Part shown: positions 49,870 through 64,000 of the stretch, one piece after another | Position numbering within the stretch: position 1 is the first letter of the stretch | How the letters are laid out: each line of letters starts with the position of its first letter | Source: Lama glama | Lineage: Eukaryota | Length of the DNA stretch: 64,000 nt | Direction: 5' to 3' | Assembly (NCBI GenBank): GCA_028534125.1 | Contig: CM052816.1 | Location: 67,644,001 to 67,708,000, forward strand | Notes under the pieces: generated by a model | Databases searched by the model: none | Told to the model about the DNA's origin: nothing | The model's input: the letters and a program-made list of their open reading frames with translations, nothing else | Made by a program: the position numbers and the translations under genes

Positions 49870-51285
49870 TGAGAAATCCCTGAATCTTCTGCTCATTTTT
49901 GCTGTGAACCTAAAACTGCTCTAAAATTTTTTAAAAAATATATTTATACATATATGCGTTTAGGCAAGGGCAGTCTAGCAGGGGTTGGGGCCCATGCAGA
50001 GAAGACAGTTGAGTGAGATGGCAGCCTGATGAGTGTCAGGAGATGGTTATATGGGTGGGTGGAGATCTTGAGTAAATAAGTCAATATATTGAGGCAAATG
50101 GGAGCCAGGTTTCCTACTGTCCAGAAAAGGAGTTACAAATATGAACAGAGGGAAAGCTTGAATGAACCTGGGTGGTGGTAGACTGAAATTGGAAGATTGT
50201 TATGAACTCATGGTTTGTGTGTGTTATGTATAAGTATGTATGTGTATTTTGCATATGTGTAGAAAAACCCTGTAAACACACACACACACACACACACACA
50301 CATATTCTAGCTTTGTTTACCAAGAGGGCCTGGGAGCAGTGACACCCAGGAGCACTGAGCATATCTAGCACCCAGTTTTTTAATACGTCAAAGAAGTCAG
50401 GGCTCTTTGGAAAAATGGCTGATCCCAGGGATGATGCAAACACACAAGATGGGTCTGAAAGTATGGAAGTATTCAGAGAATAATGGTGGCTTGTCAGTCA
50501 ATAGAGAAGCTAGCTCCCAATGGCTAAATCTGACAATTTGAGCAAATATGTGATGACAGTAATGGATTTTATCTCACTGAATAGGAATCCACTTTGAATA
50601 ATAAATAATAAATGAAAGAAGAGAAAGCTCTTCCTTACAGCAAAATGCCCATTAATAAAATATAGAAGGAATGTAGGAACTGGAAAACCACTATTTGGCA
50701 ACCATCAGCAAGAAAACTAAGAGCACAGAGCTAAAGTTGGTTGAATAACAAGGTACTTATGTAATCTCAAAGTATCACCTCCATAAAGTACTTACTATAA
50801 AGGTAGATGTTAATTATAAAGGGAAAGAGTAACTTTATAGCAGCAAAGCCTACTCAGATGATCACAGTTGAGTATCACCAGCAATGGAACAAACTGACCT
50901 TGTATGCCTCCTGATGTGAGTCACCGAAAAACACTGCATCATTTCTGAGATACTCCTGCCACAAATGCATCCTCTGAATTGAATCCTGAGGAAGCACCAA
51001 GCTCAAAATGTAGGACTTCTATAAAACAATAAACTGTAATCTTAAAAAATACTAAGATTGTGAAGGTCAAGGAAGAACTAAGAAATGGTTCTGGATTGAA
51101 TGGGAAGAAGAAACACATTAACTAAGAGCAACACCTCATCTTGGTTTGGATTCTTTTGCTATAAAGGACATAACTGGGCTGCTGGCAAAACCTGAGTGGG
51201 GCTTTTGGGTGAATGGTATATGGGAGTTCTTTGTGGTGTTCATACTTTTTTGTAAGTATGAAATTATTTAAAAATAAATAAAAGT
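49870..51285 (+). mobile_element. Ancient L1 (L1MB/MC-like) 3' UTR, plus strand
   Basis: tgctgtgaacctaaaactgctctaaaa and terminal tttttgtaagtatgaaattatttaaaaataaa signatures. Confidence 0.65.
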
Positions 51286-51289
51286 AACA

Positions 51290-53783
51290 ACTTTTGTTCA
51301 AAAACTTTTATTTACTATAAAGACAAAACACCAAAATAGGTACAAATACTATAAAATTGGTTCAATGGGGTAAAAATTTTAATTAAAATATCTCGATATA
51401 TTTAAAATAACAAAGGATACATTTAAGCCAAATTTTCTTAACCCAGAGATTTTTTTGTAACATTTGCTTACACAGTAAGGTGCTAATAGAAGTTAGCCCT
51501 TAAGCCCTGGAAGTCTTAGGAATCATAGTCACACAGCAAATATAATTTCATTGTGAAAGTGAACTTTGGTAGAAGAAAAATCTATAGGACACCTGAGGTA
51601 GTAGAAACTGGAATAAACAGCAGTAGATGTTATTTACAACTTGAGTACCAAATAACATTAAGAACACAAAACAATTACACAATTTTCAGTCCAGCTTTGA
51701 TCCAAAGAAAATAAGAATATTACATCACATTTGCATTGAAAACAAAACAGAACAAAACAAAACAAAAAACAAACACCACAATTACCAGCAAGCTGAGGGA
51801 ACTGCAAACAAACTCAAACAATGGATTTTGACATCTAGAGGCAGTTTGAGTTTGAAATGTGGTGGGCATGGTGATCTACAAAGTAATACTGATTAGCTGA
51901 GGTTCCTCAGTTTATACAGTTTACATTTCTGTCAGACACAGTATTAATCTGACTAATGATCTTCCAGTACATGAAATGGCAAGAGTGCATCCTTTAAAGC
52001 TTGCACATAAGAGACTTGGAAACAATCTTATTAGAATTGTGAAAAATTCTAAGTAGACAAAAAAAAAAAAAAAGAAAAAAAGAAAAACAAAAAACCAAAA
52101 ACCAAAAACACAACACATTAAGAGCTACCAAACTTCACATTTCAGTTCTATTTTTAACTCTTCAAATATTGCCAATCTTCCAACCAAAGGAATGTAAAAT
52201 TTCACTAAGAAACACATTCATATAAAAAAAAACTGCCTTTTAAAAATTATATGCAATATATCCCTGTAAACTTATCTTGTAACTTATTTTACTTCCAATT
52301 TGTGTTGTACATTTAAAATGTACTCTATATAGCTTATTTAGTTTATCCTGAGTCTTTGAGAATAACCAATTCTATTTAACTCTGCAACAATTCAACTGGC
52401 TTCTGAAGAGTTAAAACTTATCTCAAAAAAGTTGTATTAAATACTTAATCAGTACTTGATTTAAAAGACTTACAAAGAAAAAAAAAAAGGATAAAAAAGC
52501 TGCCATTTTCCATCAGGATTCCATGCATCTGAATTCAGCTCAGACAAAAACCATTATCTGATTCTGCAAAATCCAAGGAATTTGTGTGTAAATGAAATTC
52601 AATTTCACTTTTCTTTCTGAACACATTCTCCAAGTTCAAAGGAAATTTACTGTTTAAAAACACTATTACTCATTAGTTGAGTAATTAAGTCAGTTTTTCT
52701 TTTATCAACCAGGCCTACTGTAAAGAGCTGATGCACGGTAGAAGGAAAATAGCAGTTAACATGTTGTGATCAGTGGTGATGATGAATGATGGATTGTTAC
52801 ATACAGAGTAAGACTTAAAGTGAGGTTTCCTACAAAAGGAATCGATACATTAAAAAAAAGTCAAATAAGTTTCAAGGTAATCTTGATCTTGGTTGTGAGC
52901 TGCATCACAGAGAATAGTTGGTTTTCACTTAATTTAATCTGCACAAGAAGAGCAGTGACTGACTCAATGAAGGTAGTATTTTATTATATTCCAATTTTAA
53001 AAACAAATAAAATCTGTTTTAAAAAACTCTTGCAATAGCAAGATATTTAATAAACTCTAGTTCACACCTAGTTCCTTTTTTTTTTTCTGGTTTGAAAAGA
53101 TCACCTTTCCCTGAATATTAAACAAAAATGAAGGTGAAATGAAAATACAAAACCATAATTTCCAAAAACGAAATGAATGGGCCAACAGTAAAATGCACAA
53201 TGAACCACAATTGCCCAGGCATTAAAAAATATAAAGGTCAATTGTGGGTCAGAAAGAAGTTACCAACTTTAAAAAATATATTTATTTACTGCTACTCATA
53301 GCATATTCTGACCTAAAAGAGGCAGATACTGATTTTTATAGCCAGTGACAAAAAACAACAACAACAACAACAACAAAAACTGAACGGAATTGCAGAACCC
53401 CCTGCTTGTGATCACAATGTGAAATGGAAGAATAATAGAAACATTAAAATAGATCCTGAGCCCCTCAGCTGCTAATATTGCTGAAAAAGTGCTCCAAAAA
53501 AAAAATTATGCTTCTGTTAATTCATCATGCAAACTTCATTGCTTTCCTGTTCACCTAGGGCCAGTTCTCTGAAAGGCACGGTTTACAGTTTCTGCACAAA
53601 TTGTGGACTTTTGCATACTAAGCTTAGGTACAGGTCATGATTTGTCAATCACATACTTAGGTAAAGGTTCCCCACTGGTCTTGTTCATAGCATGAAGGAC
53701 AGCAGATTATCAGCGTGGTTCCCCACAAGTTTTTTTCTCTTGTTGAGCATCCTGTCTCCATTATAGTTTATTTGTATAATTGG
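51290..53783 (-). other. MAP3K1: MAP3K1 3' UTR (~2.5 kb)
   Basis: AT-rich stretch free of interspersed repeats from the stop to AATAAA (plus-strand tttatt 51307-51312); dense in miRNA seed matches. Confidence 0.78.
51307..51312 (-). terminator. MAP3K1: Probable MAP3K1 polyadenylation signal
   Basis: AATAAA on the minus strand with a T-rich tract 20-45 nt downstream. Confidence 0.7.
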
Positions 53784-53933
<150 letters not shown>

Positions 53934-54529
53934 CTATAAGGGAAAACACTGGTGTTAAAGCTCTCCACAACTGGAACTTTTGATATAGAAGTACATGTGC
54001 ATACATCTCCTAGCTTCTATATGTGCATCCTATATACAGAGGACTAAAACACAAGTGGGTGGACTTTCTGCTAACAAGGAGTCTATGGAAAAACATACCC
54101 ACTGGATGGGAGGTTTTCTCTAAGAATCTTTCAAATTTTAGGATTTTAAATTTCTTCAAATACATCCTGATCAGAGGGAGCTACAGTTCTCTTTATTGTC
54201 TCAAATGAACAAGGCTAAGTATGCTGAAATCATTAGACAGGTTAAATATTCACTCAAATCAATTCTGCTTTCCTCATATTCACTCTCCCAAGGTTTGTCC
54301 TTTTTGGTTCATTGCATTTTGTTTTTTTTTTCAGCACAGACAGCTATTCAGAGTAAGAAAGACTAAACCTGCCAGTCAATTAGGTACATCAGTAACACAA
54401 GTGCACTTAATTTTTTCAGAGGATTGAGGAAGTTATATAAGCATGGGGAGGACTGGAGGAGGATAGGGCAGGTGAAAGGTGCTGGGGGCTGGCTTGGAGG
54501 ACTAGTACTGGCCACTTTGCACAGAGGAG

Positions 54530-54752
54530 ACTGTGTATGCTAAGTGCTTTACTCAGGCCCAGCCTCATAATAATAATAATATGAATAATAATATGAATAA
54601 CTCATGAAGTAGGTGCTTTATCACACCCACTTTATAAACAGGAAAACAGAGTAGACAGAATAAGTAATTTTCCTAGTCACATGGCTATTAAAGGATGCAG
54701 CCAGGGTTTGAAACCAGATCTGTATGACTCCGAAGCCCAAGGTTTTAATCAG
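54530..54752 (-). mobile_element. MIR in the last MAP3K1 intron
   Basis: cccactttataaacaggaaaacagag...ccagggtttgaaaccagatctgtatgactcc. Confidence 0.65.
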
Positions 54753-55177
54753 CACATGTCTAACTCAAAAGTTAAAAATCTCAATCACTACCCTATTCAC
54801 TGGTGGAAATGGGGAGAATGGATTTGAGAGATGTCAGAAAGGTAGAACACACAAGAGCTGGTGTCTGACTTACGTGTTAAGTTTTTAAATATTGGAAATA
54901 AATCAGATGAAAAAAATCTGTGATTGTACCATACTTGAAGAGCTTTAAGTTTTAATTTGAAAGTTTGATTTGTGTATATATAGGTACATATTTCACCCGG
55001 GAGCAGTGATTTAGTATCTGCCAATTCAGTGACTTGATAGCATGTGGCTACTGTGGATAATGAGAACTAACTGTACATGCTGCCAACATCCACCGCACCA
55101 CAGAAATTCCTGGACATAAATACATATATATCTATTTCAAGGAGGATATGCCTTCATGTTATTTAGATTGATAGTTA

Positions 55178-55378
<201 letters not shown>

Positions 55379-55997
55379 CTAAAATAAAGCAGAGAATTAA
55401 TCTGGAAATGACTCATTAAAAAAAGAGAAAGCCATTCTGCTGTTATGGAGTGTAGTTCTTTAACTTCAGAGCCAAACAATGGTACAAACAACAATTTCAC
55501 AGACTACCTGATATCTCATTTATTTCATTAATAGGCTTAATCTCCTATGTGGCACAAAAATATTTTGAAGGATTGTGAGATTCTGAAGAGTCATATCAGA
55601 ATTTCAAAGCAGCCTCAGTGCGCCTAGTAAACAAACTACAGGACAAGATGACAATCAGTAATCACTATTTATGAACACAACAGAGGAGGCTGAATTTAGA
55701 AGAGCAATGCTTAAACAACTTCAGCTACTACTAAGATTTGCTTTTGTGTGCTCATCTCCCTTTGGCATAGAGTGAACAATTTTTAAAATTTCTATTATGT
55801 ATACTTTGGGTTTACTACAAAACAACCACTATAAATTACCCAATATTCTTTGTTAGAAATAGGTTTTAAAAGATTTGCTTAAAGGCTATGGAAAGGCAGG
55901 GATTAAGGGTCTGAAATCAAGGATATCATTGAAACCTTATCTTTAGGGCCATGAACTTCTAATTGGTAAGCATACAGTGGATAACACAGCAAAATTA

Positions 55998-56231
<234 letters not shown>

Positions 56232-56961
56232 TTATGTGTTAAAAACAAAAGAACAGATTAAAAACTCAGTAAACTACTACTAATGAAATAGGACAACAAC
56301 GAAAGAAGTGAACTGCATGTCAGAGATTCAGAGAAATCTACTTTCCTCACTTCACTTCATTACTAAATGGCACACGGGTCTCCACAGTATAAGCTAAATG
56401 AAATCCAAAGCCTCAGAGGGGAAATCTGACAATGCATCAAGGCATAAGGAACAAAGGCAGAGATTTGGTAAAACTTTATAGTAAGTGTTAAACCTTTAAT
56501 ATAAAGATTCCTAACAAAAATCTTTCCTCAAAGTTAAAATTTTAGTGTAGTTTACAATTTAAGACACAGTTCTGTTGAAAAATACTGACCTAGACCAATT
56601 CAAATTTTATACTGTAATTTCATAATTACAGCTTAATAAAAAATTAATGTTATAAGATTAGTTGAATGTGTTTTGTCTAATACTAGCTAAAGGCATTCAT
56701 GTCAGAAAACCAAAGTTGCTCTTAATAAACCAAACTGCAAAAGATGTGAAAGGATTTTTCTTAAAAGATTGTAATATCCCAGTTATTCTAAATAAACCCA
56801 GGAACAGGAACTTCTGGGGAGGCAGTAAGACAGGGAATCAGAGACCTGGATTCTGTATCTGGTTTGCCATCAATCAGCACTACGGCTGTGGAAAATTCAC
56901 AGTTTCTCTAGGAAGGCAGATTATATGACTCTGAAGGTTCTTTTCACTTCTAATAATTCTA

Positions 56962-57258
<297 letters not shown>

Positions 57259-58344
57259 TTATCATAAATGTAAGCCAAAATTAAAATTGTTTATAACACT
57301 TTGGTTACATAAGCTTGCACAGCATGAGCTCACATTCACATTTGAAATGTTAAGTTTATAATCTGCATCAGAAGGGAAAATAATTTAAAACCTAACACAG
57401 TCCAGTAATCTCAGAACCCAATCAGTCAGGAGACATTTTCACAGAACACTCATAAACTAGTTTTCTGGAAGGTCAAGATTTCAAAAAGCTTTAAAAGTTA
57501 ACAATTTTGGATGGAACTGTTTCTCATATGTACAATTCACCTCTCTGTCTTTTTGACCAAGGTATCCAAAATGCCTTTCTTAATGACTTAAGTAAACAGT
57601 GGTAACATGTCATTTAACAGAAGGTAAAAAGAATGGGAGGAACTAGAAAACTCAGAGTCAGGCTTCATGTCCTACTGTTTACCAGTTCTGACCTGGGATA
57701 AGTCACAAACTCAATAAGCCTCATTTAAAAGTGTTTATAAGAGTCAACCTATATATAACCATCAACCCACCTACAACCAACATCAGAGAATATACTAAAG
57801 AACTGATTTGTAAATAGAAATACATTCTTCCAATCTGAAAAATCTAAGAAGTTAAATCGAGCACTTAAGTATTCATTACGTCCCGAGTCATTTATTTTAC
57901 TGTATATACTGTATAATACAAAATAAAACTCAGTCTTTATTTAAGTAGATGACAAGGTTCAACATTATGCTTCAGTGCTAGTTTACCTTTCCAAATTATA
58001 TCTTAATCAATTTTATTTTTACAGTCATATTAAAATGTCTCCTAAATCTGTCCAATTAATGATGGAAAGATATGGATCTTATCATATCAGGCTTAAAACA
58101 GTTATTCCTATAAAACAATGGTACACAATCATTTAAAAGAAACACTGAATAAGCTTCAAAGGTAAAGGTAATATTTTATTTATATTTAAAGAAGGACTAA
58201 ATATTTACAGTTTATACTACTATGTTGGGGCAATTTGCTTTTAGAAATCTAAACTGTTTAATAAAAATAAGTGTTCATTAAATGGTTTTCCTAAGTTTAC
58301 TATCAAGGGAAAAGCTGAATCTATGCACTACTATTTATAATTTA

Positions 58345-58539
<195 letters not shown>

Positions 58540-59229
58540 TTACAAAGTTTTGAATTCTGATGAGTTTTTAATTTATAATTTTCACTAGCAATCTGATCTA
58601 AAGTGGACAAATCCAAACTAGTTTATATATTAATAGCAGTTGGCATTTATGCTTATGGATACAATATACATAATTTATAAAAAACCAAATCAAGTTCTTT
58701 TAGATAGTAAGAATCCAACTTGAAAAGCAGTGAAATATGAGGAAATATTTAAAAAAAAATAGTGGGACATGGCCAATCCTTCAAAACTATCCAAAGACAG
58801 TAAAAAATGAGAAATGCCCAATCACAGGAGAAGGACTAACATGACTTAAAAATGAAAGGTTTATCATTTTCGTATCTTGATAAGCATGCTTACTATAAAA
58901 AGTAAATCACAGAAATCCCAAGATGATGCTGTACCAGTAACATTGCTGAAAGGAGTATGAAACCACACCTCTATTAACCATAAAAAAGCACAAACAAAAA
59001 AACACAACCTCTATAAGGACCATCTTGATGGTGCATCTTACTACAACAGTAATGTTTCTACTTTCAAATAGAACTCATGATGCTTTTGGTGCTTTGGCAA
59101 CATCTACTTTGAAATTTAGGCTTCTGAAAATTTAAAAGAACTAAAATATTTACATGTTGGGATATGTCCTTTATTTTTTTATTTGCTCATGTTTCATTTT
59201 TATAATTTTAATCATTTATATGCTCACTA

Positions 59230-59391
<162 letters not shown>

Positions 59392-59749
59392 CTACATATT
59401 AAATGAAAGCAATCTTTTTACTGTTAAGTTAATAGAGTAAGAGTTCATGAGATTAGCCTGGCAAGATATTACTCTTATTCAGTCTTGCTTCCCAAACCAC
59501 CTATAAACTTGACCTCTGAATGGACAGTGTTGGTGACCAATGTCAAATGCATAAGTGATCACCATTGTAGAATCAACCAGAAATGCCTTTGAAATGGGCA
59601 ACAAGTATTTCTATTCAAATAATGATACAAACACTGTTGTATAATTAATTTTATGTGAAAAACCTGCTTCTGATGGTTAACTCGTTAAAAGCCGTATTTC
59701 TGAATTAGACTTATTTTTGCACAATCCAAGGAAATGCTCCAACCTCTTA

Positions 59750-61120
<1,371 letters not shown>

Positions 61121-61349
61121 CTAATTTATATCTTGTACATTAAAAAATCATTTCAGTACAAAGAATCCATACCTTTTAAATTAGATAGTCTAGACTTCAG
61201 GTGTTTATGTCAATCAGATATTAAGGTATTAGTAACCTATATATGCTCTGTAATTTCTGAGTCTTTCATGAATCAAATGTGTCCTCCTCTGGGGGTGGGA
61301 TGAAGTAGGTAAGAAGAGGAAAAGTAATACATTTTCAGAAGAAAAATTA

Positions 61350-61607
<258 letters not shown>

Positions 61608-61715
61608 TCAAATGGTATAGGGTCAACAAAACTACTCTGAATTATATTAATTTAAAGAACTTCTCTTAGATTCCTATTTCTAATGTTAGCTGAGTCAATT
61701 TACAAAATTACTTCA

Positions 61716-61955
<240 letters not shown>

Positions 61956-63460
61956 TTAAAAGGAGAGTAGTAATGTAGTGATGTAATGCCTTGTGAAAAG
62001 GTGGGAACAAAATGTTTTCAGAAGTGTTTGCTTTTCCACCACTAAAATCACATTAATGATGTCAGCATGAATAATATTTATTATTAGATCTAATTTCATA
62101 AATTTTATCTTATCTTCTATGTTAAACACAGAATATTCACTACTGGCTCTTGACAGCAAGTGTTATTTAAATGTCAAACCAGATAAAAGGTTTATTTTCA
62201 TTATCATATCTTGTTAAAATAAAGAAGACTCAGACATTTTGATTTCTGAATTTTCACTAAGATCACTTGAATTAAAAACAAAATCTTCCCATCCAAAACC
62301 TTTATATTCTCTTATATAGCCAGAGTGAGTTCCAAATACCATAAAATCTCTTTACCATATTTCTTATGATGTTCAGTCATTCAAGTGACTATGCAGACAG
62401 CCTAACTTTAAAATTTCAGAAAGTGGGCAGCACAACAACTGCTACAAAACCACTGAAGTTCTCAGAAAGAAAAATCTATTGTAATATTAAAAAATGAAAT
62501 GATTTGTCTATGCATTCTGCAAATTACTTATTAGTTTGCTTAATGTTTTTCAGATATTACGGTATTCTAAGCAACAAGAAAACTTCTAATACAATCTGTA
62601 GGCTTGTGTAGAGAATAAATAATGGAGGCAAAAGATGGACTTCATGAGATGAGAAACAAGTCAAAGTTAAGTGCTTAATTTTTGAGACCCTGTACAGACT
62701 ACAACATGTGACTTAGGGAGGAAGACAAGGTTGGACTGAGAGAGCTCCAAAAGGGTGTAATGGCAGAGGTAAAACAAGAGAGATTTGATCTGCAGGGATA
62801 TGAATTGCCAAAAAAGTGTGTACTGTAGCTATGTTTATTATAGGAAAAGTGGTCTTTCCCTCCCACTTTTTGGAAAGGGGGTGGAGGTAAGATAATCATT
62901 GGTCTAATAAAAGCATAGCTTGTGCTCATTTTTGCTATCACCATACCTCATTTCCCTACCTCATTTCTTCATACCTCCAATTAGGGTTACTCCTGTTCCT
63001 TGCTGATTTTTAAGGATATTGCAGGGATCTATGGAATTTTTGTTGTATTGTTATTTGACATAAATTGTCACAATCAGAGTAAAAGTCCATTGCAAAGAAA
63101 GTAATGGAAGGGTTTGTTTTTTTGTTTCTGATAATGCAAAGTAGGTATAATGATTTTATTGGTTCCCATCTTGTGTAACTCATTCTCTACAATGAGACTG
63201 TACGTTATACATATGTCAGCTGTTTTTCTTATCAATTGGATTTTAGTTTAGGATACTACTTTAAAATAAAAGAGAATCAGTCATAATACAATAATGAGAA
63301 GGTCCATGCAGTTTGTTAGCCTGGTTTTACTTGCCACTAATTCTTCTCCTTAAAGAGCTTTAAGTATTACATATTAATTTCAAATCTCATATTAGAAAAC
63401 AATATTTGAAGCCTCATCTAATAAGTAGATATTAAATACTAGATGTGAGGCTCCATGCTA

Positions 63461-64000
63461 TTTTTTTTATTGAAGTATAGTTGATTTACAATGTTGTGTT
63501 AGTTTCAAGTGTTCAGCAAAGTGATTCAGTTATACCTATGTATATATATTTTCTATTTAGATTCTTTTCCATTGTAAGTTATTACAAGATATTGAATATA
63601 GTTCCTTGTGCTATATAGTAGGTCCTTGTTGTTTATCTACTTTATATATAGTAATGTGTATATGTTAACCCCAAACTCGTAATTTATTCCTACCCCTGCC
63701 TTTCTCCTTTGGTAACCATAGTTTGTTTTTTATGTTTGTAAGTCTGTTTCTGGTATGTAAATAAGTTCATTTACATCTTTTTTTTTTAGATTCCACATGT
63801 AAGTTATAGCATATGATATTTATCTTTATCTATCTGACTTACTTCACTTAGTATGATAATTTCTAGGTCCTTCCATGTTACTGCAAATGGCATGATTTCA
63901 TTCTTTTTATGGCTGAGTAATATTCCATTGTGTACACCCCCCCCCAACTTCTCTATCCATTTATCTGTCAATGGATATTCATGTTGCTTCCATGTCTTGC
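63461..64000 (-). mobile_element. L1 3' end in a MAP3K1 intron, running off the window
   Basis: Poly-T then attgaagtatagttgatttacaatgttgtgttagtttc; same family as the 25094 element. Confidence 0.9.

Noticed and set aside
51594..51615. let-7 miRNA gene on the plus strand
   Set aside because: Match stops after 12 nt and no hairpin arm is evident; better explained as a target site in the minus-strand MAP3K1 UTR

Overview
Mammalian (eukaryotic) genomic DNA, most likely a camelid, judged from eight copies of a tRNA-derived SINE resembling Vic-1. The window is the conserved MAP3K1-SETD9-MIER3 locus. It holds the last five coding exons and long 3' UTR of MIER3 (+, 403-~9730), the complete six-exon SETD9 gene (-, CDS 19178->13126, 900 nt = 299 aa + stop) under a CpG island, and the last nine coding exons plus 3' UTR of MAP3K1/MEKK1 (-, 61905->~51290). 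All exon boundaries were read by hand as GT-AG with consistent phases. The ~32 kb between SETD9 and MAP3K1 is mostly retroelements. A 4 kb internally deleted gamma-like provirus (two LTRs, tRNA-His PBS, two NC zinc knuckles) sits about 0.7 kb upstream of the SETD9 ATG in the same orientation. A nested L1 pile-up contains a candidate 5' transduction, a permuted-LTR/L1 chimeric retrocopy and an L1/mRNA-3'-end chimera. There are also a solo LTR, L2/MIR, hAT elements and a 100-N assembly gap. I see no new enzymatic system. The best leads are the LTR as a possible alternative SETD9 promoter (TATA intact, 3' LTR polyA signal mutated) and the unusual chimeric retroposition products. Repeat family names and human comparisons are from memory, not database searches.
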